From positions 32,001 to 96,000 of IMG/VR virus record IMGVR_UViG_3300035520_000529: DNA of 64,000 bases. One strand, written 5' to 3'. Origin of the DNA: a virus (Duplodnaviria; Caudoviricetes). Made by a program: the position numbers and the translations under genes. Every line of letters begins with the position of its first letter. The stretch's first letter is position 1. Below are positions 39,613 to 49,743 of the stretch, piece by piece. The notes beneath the pieces are model-generated. The model saw only the letters and a program-made list of their open reading frames with translations. It made no database searches and was not told the origin of the DNA.

Positions 39613-40761
39613 CTATGCTAATTGATAGTTTGCTAAATTAATACTAGCGTTCTTATCTCTATCCAAAGTGAAACCACACACATCACAGTGGTATGTTCTA
39701 TCCTTGAGTTTCAAATCTTTCTTGACGTTTCCACATTGAGAACACCTTTTGCTTGATGGATAGAACCTATCAGCTTGAATAAATCTAATTCCGTACTTTT
39801 CGGACTTGTACTTCATAAGGCTAATAAACTGATAGAACCCCTGTTCTGCTATGGCTTTTGAAAGATGTTTGTTTTTCAACATACCTGTGACGTTTAAGTC
39901 TTCCATAACTATTCTCGATGGCTTGGTTTTCGCAATCGCATTAGTTACTTGGTGGTTGTGATTTAGACGGATGTTCTTTAACTTTTCGTGGATAAGCTTG
40001 ATTATTCGCTCTAGTTTCAAGATGTTTTGAGTCTTAACATACCTCTTGCCTTGGCGGTTCTTCTCATATTTCCTCGAAACTTGACGTTGCAATCTTCTAA
40101 GTCTCTTTTTCAACTTTCTAATCTTTTGAGTTTTGTTGATATTTCTAAAAGGACTATCGAAATTACTAACAGTCGCGAGTTCCTTGATGCCTAAGTCAAT
40201 GCCTACAGATAAGTTCTCATCCAGTTCTAAAGGTTGGTTTTCACACTCAATACCTAAAGACAAGTACCAGTATCGTCCATTGAATTTTATTCTTGGATTG
40301 CATACTGATATTTTATCTTTCTTGTAATTGCCTTGAGGTAGCCTATTTTCGTCATTCATCTTGACTACACCAATCTTTTCAAGCTGTATTTGACTATCCG
40401 TAACTTTAAATTTAGTTGGTAAGTGATAGAAAGATATAGTGCTTCTCTTCTTGGACTTATGTCTAGGATACTTGGCAACTTTCTTAAAGAACTTACTTCT
40501 AGCATCGTCAAAGTCTTTAATGGCTTGTTGAGGTATCTCCGAGGAGACTTCTTTAAGCCATGGGTACTTGTTAGAGTTCCTAATCTTAGTGAAGTGCTTT
40601 CGCATAGTACCAACGCTTACAGATTTTCCGTATAGTTTGTAATAGGTTTCGAAAAATCCTAACGCCCAGTTGTACGCAAATCGCATAACACCTGCTGATT
40701 TCCACATTAAAGTCTCTTGCTCTTTCGTTGGATAGAGTTTGACTTTTATGCCTTTAATCAT
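39613..40761 (-). CDS. tnpB: TnpB RNA-guided endonuclease
   Basis: GIDLG, VMEDL, FYPSSKRCSQCG...CDVCG, DRDKNA. RuvC D-E-D triad intact. Confidence 0.95.
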   Translation of the reverse strand: MIKGIKVKLYPTKEQETLMWKSAGVMRFAYNWALGFFETYYKLYGKSVSVGTMRKHFTKIRNSNKYPWLKEVSSEIPQQAIKDFDDARSKFFKKVAKYPRHKSKKRSTISFYHLPTKFKVTDSQIQLEKIGVVKMNDENRLPQGNYKKDKISVCNPRIKFNGRYWYLSLGIECENQPLELDENLSVGIDLGIKELATVSNFDSPFRNINKTQKIRKLKKRLRRLQRQVSRKYEKNRQGKRYVKTQNILKLERIIKLIHEKLKNIRLNHNHQVTNAIAKTKPSRIVMEDLNVTGMLKNKHLSKAIAEQGFYQFISLMKYKSEKYGIRFIQADRFYPSSKRCSQCGNVKKDLKLKDRTYHCDVCGFTLDRDKNASINLANYQLA

Positions 40762-41365
40762 CTTCAGACAACTCCTTAATTATCTTTTTGGTTTTATTGG
40801 CTCTTTTCCCTTGTAATCTACAACTGAACACAGTTATTATTTGGATTAAATCTTCGACAATTTCTTCTTCGTCACTTCTTTCGGTATTGTCGATTATTTC
40901 AATTTCAACACCCTTAGAAATACAAATATTTTCTATTAGTTCGTATCCAAACCTAACCAATCTATCCTTATATAGAATTACGATTTTAGAAACTTCCTCA
41001 TTTAAAACCATACTCATAAGCTTGTTCAAGCCTTTATTTTGATAATTAATTCCGCTACCTATATCCGAGATTATTGAAAACTGATAGCCTTTAGCATACA
41101 TATACATCTTGACGTTTTCAATTTGTCTATCTAAAGCTTCTTTTTGCTTTTGACTAGACACTCTACAGTAGCCTATTGTCTGCTTAGATTTTACCTTTTC
41201 ACCATTATAAATTTTAAGTTGTTCATCGGTATAATAGCGATAACCTGTCACCTCATCCACATATGCAGGTTTTAGTTTACCACTTTTATCCCAATTTCTT
41301 AAAGTTTGTTCTGTACGATTTATTAATTTAGCAAATTGTCCTATGGAATATTTTCTAATTTCCAT
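40754..41365 (-). CDS. tnpA: IS607 serine transposase
   Basis: MerR-like HTH (TLRNWD), GYCRVSS, DIGSG, YKDRLVRFG. Confidence 0.95.
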   Translation of the reverse strand: MEIRKYSIGQFAKLINRTEQTLRNWDKSGKLKPAYVDEVTGYRYYTDEQLKIYNGEKVKSKQTIGYCRVSSQKQKEALDRQIENVKMYMYAKGYQFSIISDIGSGINYQNKGLNKLMSMVLNEEVSKIVILYKDRLVRFGYELIENICISKGVEIEIIDNTERSDEEEIVEDLIQIITVFSCRLQGKRANKTKKIIKELSEDD

Positions 41366-41386
41366 GTTTTATCACCTCTTGTACTA

Positions 41387-41415
41387 ATTATAACATAAAC
41401 ATTATAATATGTCAA
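41387..41415 (-). promoter_or_regulatory. tnpA-tnpB promoter
   Basis: TTGACA, 17-nt spacer, TG-extended TATAAT. Confidence 0.75.
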
Positions 41416-41455
41416 GAGTTATTTTGAGTATTTATAAATAATTATAAAGTTTATA

Positions 41456-41884
41456 CCTTTTGCTATAGAACGCAACTTCTATAACGCTATTTCGCTCACG
41501 CTAATAGCCACTCTCTTTCGAGACGTGCAAAGACTATTTCTTCACCCTCACCATTACGTGTTAGGGGCAAACCGCTTCCACTACCATACGCTTGTAGTGT
41601 ACTCCATCTCTGGATAGCCGTTGAAGTTTCTCCGTGCCTTTCGGTTTAGGAGCTTACCTGCATGAACAACCATTGTTATCGGTTATTTAGGATTTAACCA
41701 TGTAACCATCCTTACGTTGTTTCTACTTTCGTACCATCGTAGCGTGATTTCTCCACTACTGTGGTGTAAGGCTTTAGGTATTACCTGCAATTCAATTTGT
41801 GTGCTACGCTCGTTTCCGAACGTACCCAGCTGAAAACTCTATAATTTTATATTTTTATTATAGTTAATTATAAAGTTTTCGTTA
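41456..41884 (-). ncRNA. Group I ribozyme core of intron 1
   Basis: P2 tacgttcg-GAAA-cgagcgta, P3 caaattg/cggtttg, TTCAACGGCTAT, AAGAAATAGTCT, P9/P9.1/P9.2 hairpins. Confidence 0.9.
41612..41792. repeat. Direct repeat copy B (intron core)
   Basis: 180/181 identical to 38432-38612. Confidence 0.95.
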
Positions 41885-44800
41885 CTGTAAATCATAGTGC
41901 CTAAAACTGCTTTTAAACCTATCTTTGAGAATAAGTTATCTAATTCTTGACCAACACTTTTACCAGTTTTGCCAAGTTTAGTAACTTCTGTTTTAATGCT
42001 TTCAAACCTACTTTGTAAACCTAGTAGATTTTCTTTAGTCCTATCTATGCTATTTGCTTCACTAATAATACTATCTAACTGAGACTTAAATGAATAAGTC
42101 GAACTCATTGCTTTTCCGTTTTTTGCTTGAAATTGTGTAACATCAGCTATAAGTTTAGAGTATGCACTATCTATTTTATTTTGAGAAGTTGTAAAACTTA
42201 CGCCACTTAACGCACTAGCAGATTCACTCTTTAATTTTTCAAAGTTTTCAGTACAGATTATTATATTATTGGATAAGCTTTGTAGTTGTGCACTTTGAGA
42301 TTCAAAAGTATTTTCTCCATTTTTGATACCATTTAAAATAGTTGTAAATTCTACTGTATTTTTGTTTAGTTCTTGTTGCTCTTTATTTAAAGCTTCAATA
42401 TAAGTTTTTCCAACGTAATTTTTATCACTGATGGTGGTGGTATCTTTAATAGTAGCATTTTTAGTATTCTCATTAATGCTTAATTTGTTAATTAAATTTG
42501 TAATAGTATTGTTTGTTACTGTTGCACTATTAAGTTGTGATTCATATTTTTGTAAGGTTTTAAGTTGTGAATTTATTGACTCAAATTCTTTATTTAGTTC
42601 TTCATATCTAGTAATAGCTTTTTTGGGATTGGACTTGTCTATGTTATTTAAATTAGTTTGAATTTCTTTTAGATTATTTAATAATTGAAACTTTTCTAAC
42701 GCACTAGATTTTGTGCCTAATTTGGTAGTAATTTGATTATTTAATTCACTAATTTTATCCTCAATTTTAGGTATAGCATTACTTTTAGTGCTTAATTCAG
42801 TAACACTTTTTGATACATTATCTATATTAGATTTAAAGATAGCTAGATTTTCTGTATTAATATTAGTAGGATCGTTTACTAAAGTAGCATACGTTTCTTT
42901 TAAAGATTCAAGAGAAGTTTTTATCGTATTGATATTATTAGTTAATTCAGTACCTAAACCATTTCCACCCAAATTGTTAAATTTTTCTTCAATTGTGGTA
43001 AGATTGCCACTTACCTTGTCTAATTCTTTTTTATATTTTTCAAGTTGGGTGATGTTTTGATTAATAGTATTATCGGTTATCTTGCCATAGTTTCTAGTAT
43101 AATTTTCATATCCTTTTTGATAAGCCTTTTCTAACTTAGCAATGGTTTCATCACTAAAACCATACGTTTCAGCTATGTTAGTAGTCTTTTGACTATCATT
43201 CTGTAGTTTTGCTTGAATGTATTCTAGATATTTTTTACCAGTTTCATCGAGTAAAGCTGTTTGTTCTCTAATAATAGTATTTTCGGAATTTAATTCATTT
43301 TCAACAATCTTACTTGTAGCGGATGATTGAAGTTCTAATTTTGTTTTATTTGCAAGAGCAGTGGTGATTTTTGTTATAATGTTTAGTTGCTCTTTTAACA
43401 CATTATTATTATAATTATTATTATTATAACTATTAAGTGTTTTAGTGTTTTGATTAGCGTTGCTATCAATAGCATTGCCATAATTCCTTATAGAGGGTAT
43501 GTTATAATATTGTTGATACATTGAATTTAATTTGGCAATAGTTTTTTCGCTAAGTCCATACTTGTCAGCTATATTAGAACCATTTTCGCCATTCATTAAA
43601 GTTTTAATATATTCTAAGTATATTTTACCATTTTTATTGAGCAAAGCAGTTTGTTCATCAATGACCTTATTTTCAGAAGCTAACCTTTCCTCAAATGTTT
43701 TGTCTGTGGTAGTCGATTGAAGAAGTTGCTTATTTCTATTAGAATAAGCTTTAGTGATTTCTTTAATATAACCTAATTGTGATTTAAGGTTCTCGCTATT
43801 GTTAAGTGATTCTTTACTTTGCTTTGATTGAGCGATTTGTGTTGTTTTGATATTAACAGTTAAGCCTACTTTTTTTAAAGCTTCTTCAATTGCAGTTTTA
43901 AGGTTTTCAATAGCACCTGTGGCTTCAAACGCACCTATTTTTATAGTTAAAGGATTGCTTTTATCGTTTAACTTGCCAACAACATTCTCGTTAATCTCTT
44001 TCTTAGTTAGAGGTTTGATTTGAACTGGTATCTTTAAATCAGAAACCTTTTTTTTAACTTCGTTAATTGCTTTAGTAGCACTAATAGACTTTAGATTAAG
44101 AGTAATTTTATTGTTTAGTTTTTCGCTTATAAGAGTTTTTAATTCTTTAATGTTTTGGCTATTAACTTTCAAGTTTACTTCTAATGGTACATTAGTGCTT
44201 TTTAATTTTTCACGGAGTTCCTTTAAGGCTGAACCATACGTAAACTTGCTAACTCCAACTGAAACATTAACCTTATTTAGTTTAGTTTTTAATTTATCGT
44301 TTATGCTTGATATACTATTAGATTTATTATCATATCCAAAACTTAAATTTACCTTTTGAGAATCAACGTATTTTTGTACTTGATTTAATGTATTTTGTAG
44401 CGTTTCTTCATTAAACCCATTAAACTTTAGTTGAAAATCTAACTTGTTAAGTTCATCAACAATTTTAGAATAATCTATTGTAGCATTTATATTAGAACCA
44501 TTTAAATTAATATTAATCGGATTGCTTTGTATGTTTTCTCTAATTCTAGTTAGAGCTTCAGTGATTTGGGTCTCTATGTTTTGAACGTTAGTAGTAAGTT
44601 CGATTTTTGGAACAGCATTCTTAATAGTTTCAAGTTGTTTATTAAATGTTTCTGATGAGGAAAAATTATTTTCCAAAGATATTTTTATTTTTGTATTTTC
44701 TTGAATAGATTTTAGTGCTTCATTTAATTCTTTAATTTGGTTTATAACAGTGTCATTTTCTATAGTAGTTTCACTTGTGGTTGTTTTGCCAACTTCCTCA

Positions 44801-45930
44801 TTAACTTCATTAATCTTTTTTTTTACATTTTTAATGTCATCGGAAATATTAAGTTTTAAAGTGTATCCCTTAGTATTTTTGCTCCATTTACTTAAGGTTT
44901 CATCCGCTTCCTTAATTACTGTTAAAACATCTTTTAAATCACTAGCATCTACTTCTATCTTATACTTTAGATTACCCTCTTTAATTCTTTTTAAACTTTC
45001 ACTATATGCTATGTCTGGGTTAAAATTATTAGTTAAAGAGTTAGATACAGTATCATAGTCTAATTTTACCATTTTAGTTTGTAATTCAGAAACCATTTTG
45101 GTATATTGAGACAATATTTCCTTTTTAAAGTCAGTAAAACTATTACCATACTGATTTTTTGCTTTATTCAAAAAATCATTTATCTCTGCAGAATTGTCAA
45201 ACATAGTACCCATCCACGTTTTAAATCCGCTAAAATTAGATTTAGTACCATTTTGGTATTGGTATTTTTCGATATTTTGTAATATTAGAGCTAACGCATT
45301 GGCTCGGTCTAATATCTCTTCCTGTGAGACGCTTTCCGCATTTTTGACTTCTTCTCCTGCTTTTAGAATTTTCTCACTTATACCATCACCATACAATTGG
45401 ATAGCTTTTTCAACACTAGTTTTATCTTGACTAAACTCCTCAACTAGTGCTGATGAACTTAATTTAGTCCTATCTGAAAGAGTTTCTAGAGAGGTAATTA
45501 AACCATTTATCGAAGAACTGTCGAGACTTAATTCCTTGAGCTTTGTTTTATTCAAATCACTTACATCAAATAATTTTGAGAATTTTTGTTCCTCTTTTTG
45601 AGTAAAATACATATATTCAAAATTACTTGCTTGTTCTAATAGTTTTAACGCTTCTATCAATTCCAATATTTTTTTAGTAGAAGCATCAGTATCAATTTCT
45701 GGAATTTTCAAACTATCTAAATCATCGTTTACCTTATTTTTTAATTTGTCTATTACACTTTTGAATTTAGCAGTAGCGTTTGCAAGTTCATCAGCGTTCA
45801 TATTAGGCTTAAATGTAATATCATATTTTCTTTTTGTTATGTTTATGGCATTTTCAACAATTTGATTCAAGTCTTCTTGATTAAGACCAGCACCAAATTT
45901 AATCATTGCTCCATTAGTTGATTCTGACAT
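41885..45930 (-). CDS. Tape measure protein, exon 1 (spliced product ~3207 aa)
   Basis: SD GAGGTG. Long helical protein. Exons of 4046+774+4804 nt = 9624 nt, in frame. Confidence 0.85.
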
Positions 45931-45955
45931 TTACAACAATCACCTCTTAATAATA

Positions 45956-46531
45956 TTATTTTATTGTCATTCCACTGAGTTTTTTTATTTCATCAAAACA
46001 GAGATTTTGTAATTGATACCCTAAGGTTAATCTAGTGTCAGATAATTCGTCTTCTATTGTTTGTTTTATACCTTTTTCCTTTTTATTATCCATAAAAGCT
46101 CTAGGTTTATTCCATGGGTATTGCACTAGACCATATCCGTGTTCAATCATTGAAGACAGAAAAGCAGTTTTATAAAACCCATTGTGTTCTGTATCCTTAA
46201 AAGGATTCATAAATGGTAAGTACTTAATAGGATTAGGTCTAGTAATGTTATGAAACTGTAATATGCAATTTACAGTAAAATTTTGATGGTTAAGCTCATA
46301 AGTAGGAGTATCAAAAGTAATATTTTTAGGGTCGCTCAATCCACCATTATTTTTTCGCCTAATATAAAACATAGGATTATATTTGCGATATACTAATCGA
46401 TTTACAGTTTTTGTATTTACTTGCTTCAATCTTTTTTTTACAAGACGAACAGTTTTTTTTACACCTTTTTGTATACTTCGAGTAATTTCTTTTTCAGCGT
46501 TACTTACTTGTCTTTCTATGCTTTCGGGCAT
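45956..46531 (-). CDS. Putative tail completion/HK97 gp10-like protein
   Basis: VY..YNP..Y.RR...GGL.D and PRAFM motifs. Position upstream of TMP. Confidence 0.55.
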   Translation of the reverse strand: MPESIERQVSNAEKEITRSIQKGVKKTVRLVKKRLKQVNTKTVNRLVYRKYNPMFYIRRKNNGGLSDPKNITFDTPTYELNHQNFTVNCILQFHNITRPNPIKYLPFMNPFKDTEHNGFYKTAFLSSMIEHGYGLVQYPWNKPRAFMDNKKEKGIKQTIEDELSDTRLTLGYQLQNLCFDEIKKLSGMTIK

Positions 46532-46535
46532 ATAA

Positions 46536-47054
46536 TCACTTCTCTTTAACAATGTTATCGACTTGGTCTTGAGGGGTTTCTTCTTTATAAGTATTTAATA
46601 GTTCACTAGCCACATTTTTAATATCATTTGCGTTCTCAGAGATGTAAGATATTAATTCTTCTATAATGTCATTTAACTTATTCTTATGGTTAATTCTGTC
46701 TTGTTCATATTTAATACAATCTTCTAAGTTTTGTAAAATAAAGTATAATTTATTATCATTTTGCTCGTTTAGAAGTTCTAAAACTTCTTCCAAATTACTA
46801 TATAAACACATTAAATATAGTTCATCTTCTGTAAACTCCTCTGTTGGAAAGTTACTACAATGCTTTAATAATGTCATATATGGACTAATATCCACCATAT
46901 AAGGTATTATCTTTTCGCCATCGAAACATCTATTAATAGTTTCTTCGCACATGATTTTAAAATCTTCAACTGAAACAGCATCAGTAAAAGAAACTTGCCT
47001 AAAGTCATAAATATATTCTACAAATTGGTTTTGAGTATTCTTTTCGTTTTCCAT
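46536..47054 (-). CDS. Hypothetical protein (possible tail assembly chaperone)
   Basis: SD AGGAG. Acidic, helical, in tail operon. Confidence 0.55.
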   Translation of the reverse strand: MENEKNTQNQFVEYIYDFRQVSFTDAVSVEDFKIMCEETINRCFDGEKIIPYMVDISPYMTLLKHCSNFPTEEFTEDELYLMCLYSNLEEVLELLNEQNDNKLYFILQNLEDCIKYEQDRINHKNKLNDIIEELISYISENANDIKNVASELLNTYKEETPQDQVDNIVKEK

Positions 47055-47109
47055 ATTTTTTCTCCTATCATTGTATTATAGTTACATATTTTAGAAAGAA
47101 TCACTAACA

Positions 47110-47550
47110 TTATTTTACTTTCTTTCTAAGTTGTCTAAGCTTTTTAAGAGTTTCGTATTCTATCCAACCACCATCACACTTTGAATAGGTTATCCAAACG
47201 TAATCAATATCGGGATATTTATACCAAAAGAGTTTCCTTTTAAGTTTAGCTACGTTATCGGGCATGCCTTTGATGTCAATAACTTTTGATGTACCATCGC
47301 TATATTCAACGTAAAAGTCGGCTATATAGGTAATAGCTTTAACAGTTTTGTTGTTCTTGTGAAATTTTGGTTGCAGTTCATAAGACTTTTGCAATTCATA
47401 GTGTGTAATGTCACCATTTTCTACACTAGGTAAAATCACATCACGATAGTATTTCATTTCTAAAACACTATCAAACACAATTCCATTGTAACTCCTTTTG
47501 GATTTGTCTTTATCCACATTGAACTTACTTCTATTAATACGAGTTTTCAT
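47110..47550 (-). CDS. DUF1064-family (PD-(D/E)xK nuclease-like) protein
   Basis: GIVFDS..E, ITYIADFYV, VIDIKG, KRKLF. Confidence 0.8.
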   Translation of the reverse strand: MKTRINRSKFNVDKDKSKRSYNGIVFDSVLEMKYYRDVILPSVENGDITHYELQKSYELQPKFHKNNKTVKAITYIADFYVEYSDGTSKVIDIKGMPDNVAKLKRKLFWYKYPDIDYVWITYSKCDGGWIEYETLKKLRQLRKKVK

Positions 47551-47617
47551 AACAATACCACCTTAAAAAATAGTTAAGCCACACAAAAATTATGTATGGC
47601 TTAACCCATTAAAGCTT

Positions 47618-47986
47618 CTATTTAGACTTTTTTCTTGAGGATTTCTTTGTGGTTGTAATATCTTCATTAACTGCATCGACTATTTCACTAAGTGTTTTGT
47701 CGGGATTTTCCTCAATATAGTCTTTTAAATCTTCTTTAGTTTGTTCTAACGCTTCTTCTGGTGTCATGGATTGAATCTCTTGGATTTCCGCTTGACTTAA
47801 AAGAGTCTTAGCTTTTTCTTTTTGTTCAATCTCTCTAAGGTCTAGTATTTCTTTAGTATACTTAATATGACATTCCTCAGAACAACAAAAACTTCTCCAT
47901 GTTTGAGTTCTTAGACAGTATTTACAAGCATAATACTTTTTGCCACAGCACCTACAGATGACGTTAGGTTTCTTTACTATTGCCAT
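47618..47986 (-). CDS. Hypothetical Zn-binding protein
   Basis: CRCCGKKYYACKYC...CCSEEC. Confidence 0.65.
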   Translation of the reverse strand: MAIVKKPNVICRCCGKKYYACKYCLRTQTWRSFCCSEECHIKYTKEILDLREIEQKEKAKTLLSQAEIQEIQSMTPEEALEQTKEDLKDYIEENPDKTLSEIVDAVNEDITTTKKSSRKKSK

Positions 47987-48016
47987 ACGCAACAACCTGC
48001 TTTCTCAAAGTTAATA

Positions 48017-48862
48017 TTAGTCCTCACATACAATGAAATCCCACAACTTGTTTGAAGCGGTAGTGCTACAAGTATCTATTAGGTTATTAATAGTAAAGTC
48101 TTGCATTACTTGGTCACCAGATACGTCTATATCGAAACTACCAGAGAATTGACCTCTTGGCATATGTATATAACACTTGTAAACCTTATCGCAAGTATCA
48201 GTAGCAGTTAATTCAATCCATACATCTAGAGTCTTACCAAATATGTCAGCATAGTTAGTAATAGTAGTTGCATTAGTTTCATAATCATAAGATACTACTA
48301 CAATAGTTCCATCCTCAACAGAGTACAATGCATCATCTTCGTTGCCATAAGTACTCTTAGATGGTAATGTTATCGTGTTATCAGTTTTATTATAATAGAA
48401 TGTTGGTGAACCACCACTAGGAGTTGATTCACTAGATTGAGTATACTTCTGTTGAGAAACTATGTCACCATTAGCACTTCTAACGAATATTGTACCAATT
48501 TCGTTACCTGTTGTACCTACTGGAGTATGTGTCAATTTACCAACACCACTAGTAATTTCAATAACATCTAGATGACGAACGATAGTAGTGGCACTACTAA
48601 CTGGATCAGAACCTACTTGTGCAGATAATAAAGAACCAGACCATACTGCGTTATCACCAGTAACTTCTACTGCTTTATTTTTCTTAATTTTCTTTAAAAT
48701 TGCTCCATCTTTACCAGTTACATCAGTTTCATCCTCAGTGTTGGATATGTTTATGTTATCTAATTGGTCTAGATATACTGATAAGTCACCACTGCTTCTA
48801 TCATATGCATAAATACATTCAGCAGAGGTGATTATCATATTATTAATTGAAATATTTTCCAT
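48017..48862 (-). CDS. Major tail tube protein (putative)
   Basis: Size, beta-rich composition and position after the neck genes. Confidence 0.65.
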   Translation of the reverse strand: MENISINNMIITSAECIYAYDRSSGDLSVYLDQLDNINISNTEDETDVTGKDGAILKKIKKNKAVEVTGDNAVWSGSLLSAQVGSDPVSSATTIVRHLDVIEITSGVGKLTHTPVGTTGNEIGTIFVRSANGDIVSQQKYTQSSESTPSGGSPTFYYNKTDNTITLPSKSTYGNEDDALYSVEDGTIVVVSYDYETNATTITNYADIFGKTLDVWIELTATDTCDKVYKCYIHMPRGQFSGSFDIDVSGDQVMQDFTINNLIDTCSTTASNKLWDFIVCED

Positions 48863-48886
48863 TAAGAAATCTTCCTTTCATATTTC

Positions 48887-49678
48887 TTACTTTTTAATTT
48901 GTTGTTTTCGTGCAACTGTAGAGTAGTCTATAGTAAACCAATCTAAGTTGCGTTCTTTTATTTTAGAACTATCCACACAACCACTATATATGCCATGATA
49001 TAAGTTATCCACTTGATACTTCTTCACAATTTGTCTAACACTGGCATTAAAATCATATATGGTTAAATCGTAGACAGTTTCAAAATCGTATTTAAAGTTT
49101 GAGTTGTTAACCATTGCTAAGATTAAGCTATCTAGATGAGATGTGCTTTTCTTCTTTTTGTTAAACTTTGCTTTTGTTAATGCTCTTTCTATAATGTAAT
49201 TTTTAGCAGTTTCATTACCTGGAATGATACGTCTCTTTTTTGTGTACATATGCATAGTACAAAATACACTAGAAAGCCACTTGTATTTAAACTCGTCTAT
49301 GACTACATCGTCAATAGAGTTGTATAATACTATTTGACCATTGTTCTTATTTTCTGATATTTCAAAATCTGCAAAGTTAAAAGTTTTAAACATTAATGGA
49401 GAAACTTTCCTAATGATTTCCTTGTCTGTGATACTATACAGCAAAAGAAACAGTTGATAGTCAGTATATGTAGTAAAGTCTATGTTCATTTCATGTAGGG
49501 GTGCTATACAGTCACTAGGAGTAGTAAAGAATAACTGTAGTACACTATAATACTCATTTTCATCATTATCTTTACCCGTTTCAAAATCAGTTCCTCTAAT
49601 CTCTCGCAATGTAGGTATTACCACAGTTATCTTCTCATCCAATTGATATTGTCTCTTGTTTAATAGACTAATTTCCAT
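48887..49678 (-). CDS. Hypothetical virion morphogenesis protein
   Basis: SD GGAG before ATG 49678. PTL.EI...LTIY.F...GIYSG pattern. Confidence 0.6.
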   Translation of the reverse strand: MEISLLNKRQYQLDEKITVVIPTLREIRGTDFETGKDNDENEYYSVLQLFFTTPSDCIAPLHEMNIDFTTYTDYQLFLLLYSITDKEIIRKVSPLMFKTFNFADFEISENKNNGQIVLYNSIDDVVIDEFKYKWLSSVFCTMHMYTKKRRIIPGNETAKNYIIERALTKAKFNKKKKSTSHLDSLILAMVNNSNFKYDFETVYDLTIYDFNASVRQIVKKYQVDNLYHGIYSGCVDSSKIKERNLDWFTIDYSTVARKQQIKK

Positions 49679-49743
49679 ATTTGTATTCTCCAAATACTTT
49701 TACGCAAAATTGAGTAAAAGTGCAAACTACTCTTTAAGGTAAT

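Larger units (their letters stand above)
39435..41884 (-). mobile_element. IS607-family IStron (group I intron 1 + TnpA + TnpB) in tape measure gene
   Basis: Intron core at 41456-41884 upstream of tnpA/tnpB. AG dinucleotide at both junctions. Removal restores MIY-R-VISYFKEM. Confidence 0.88.

Noticed and set aside
41839-41884. Called C-terminus of the 1363-aa ORF (SNENFIINYNKNIKL), and likewise 38624-38660 and 4360-4373
   Set aside because: These are read-through into intron 5' ends, not real protein termini.
45956-47054. Programmed -1 frameshift tail chaperone pair
   Set aside because: The downstream ORF has its own plausible start (ATG 46531) and no convincing slippery heptamer was seen at the junction.
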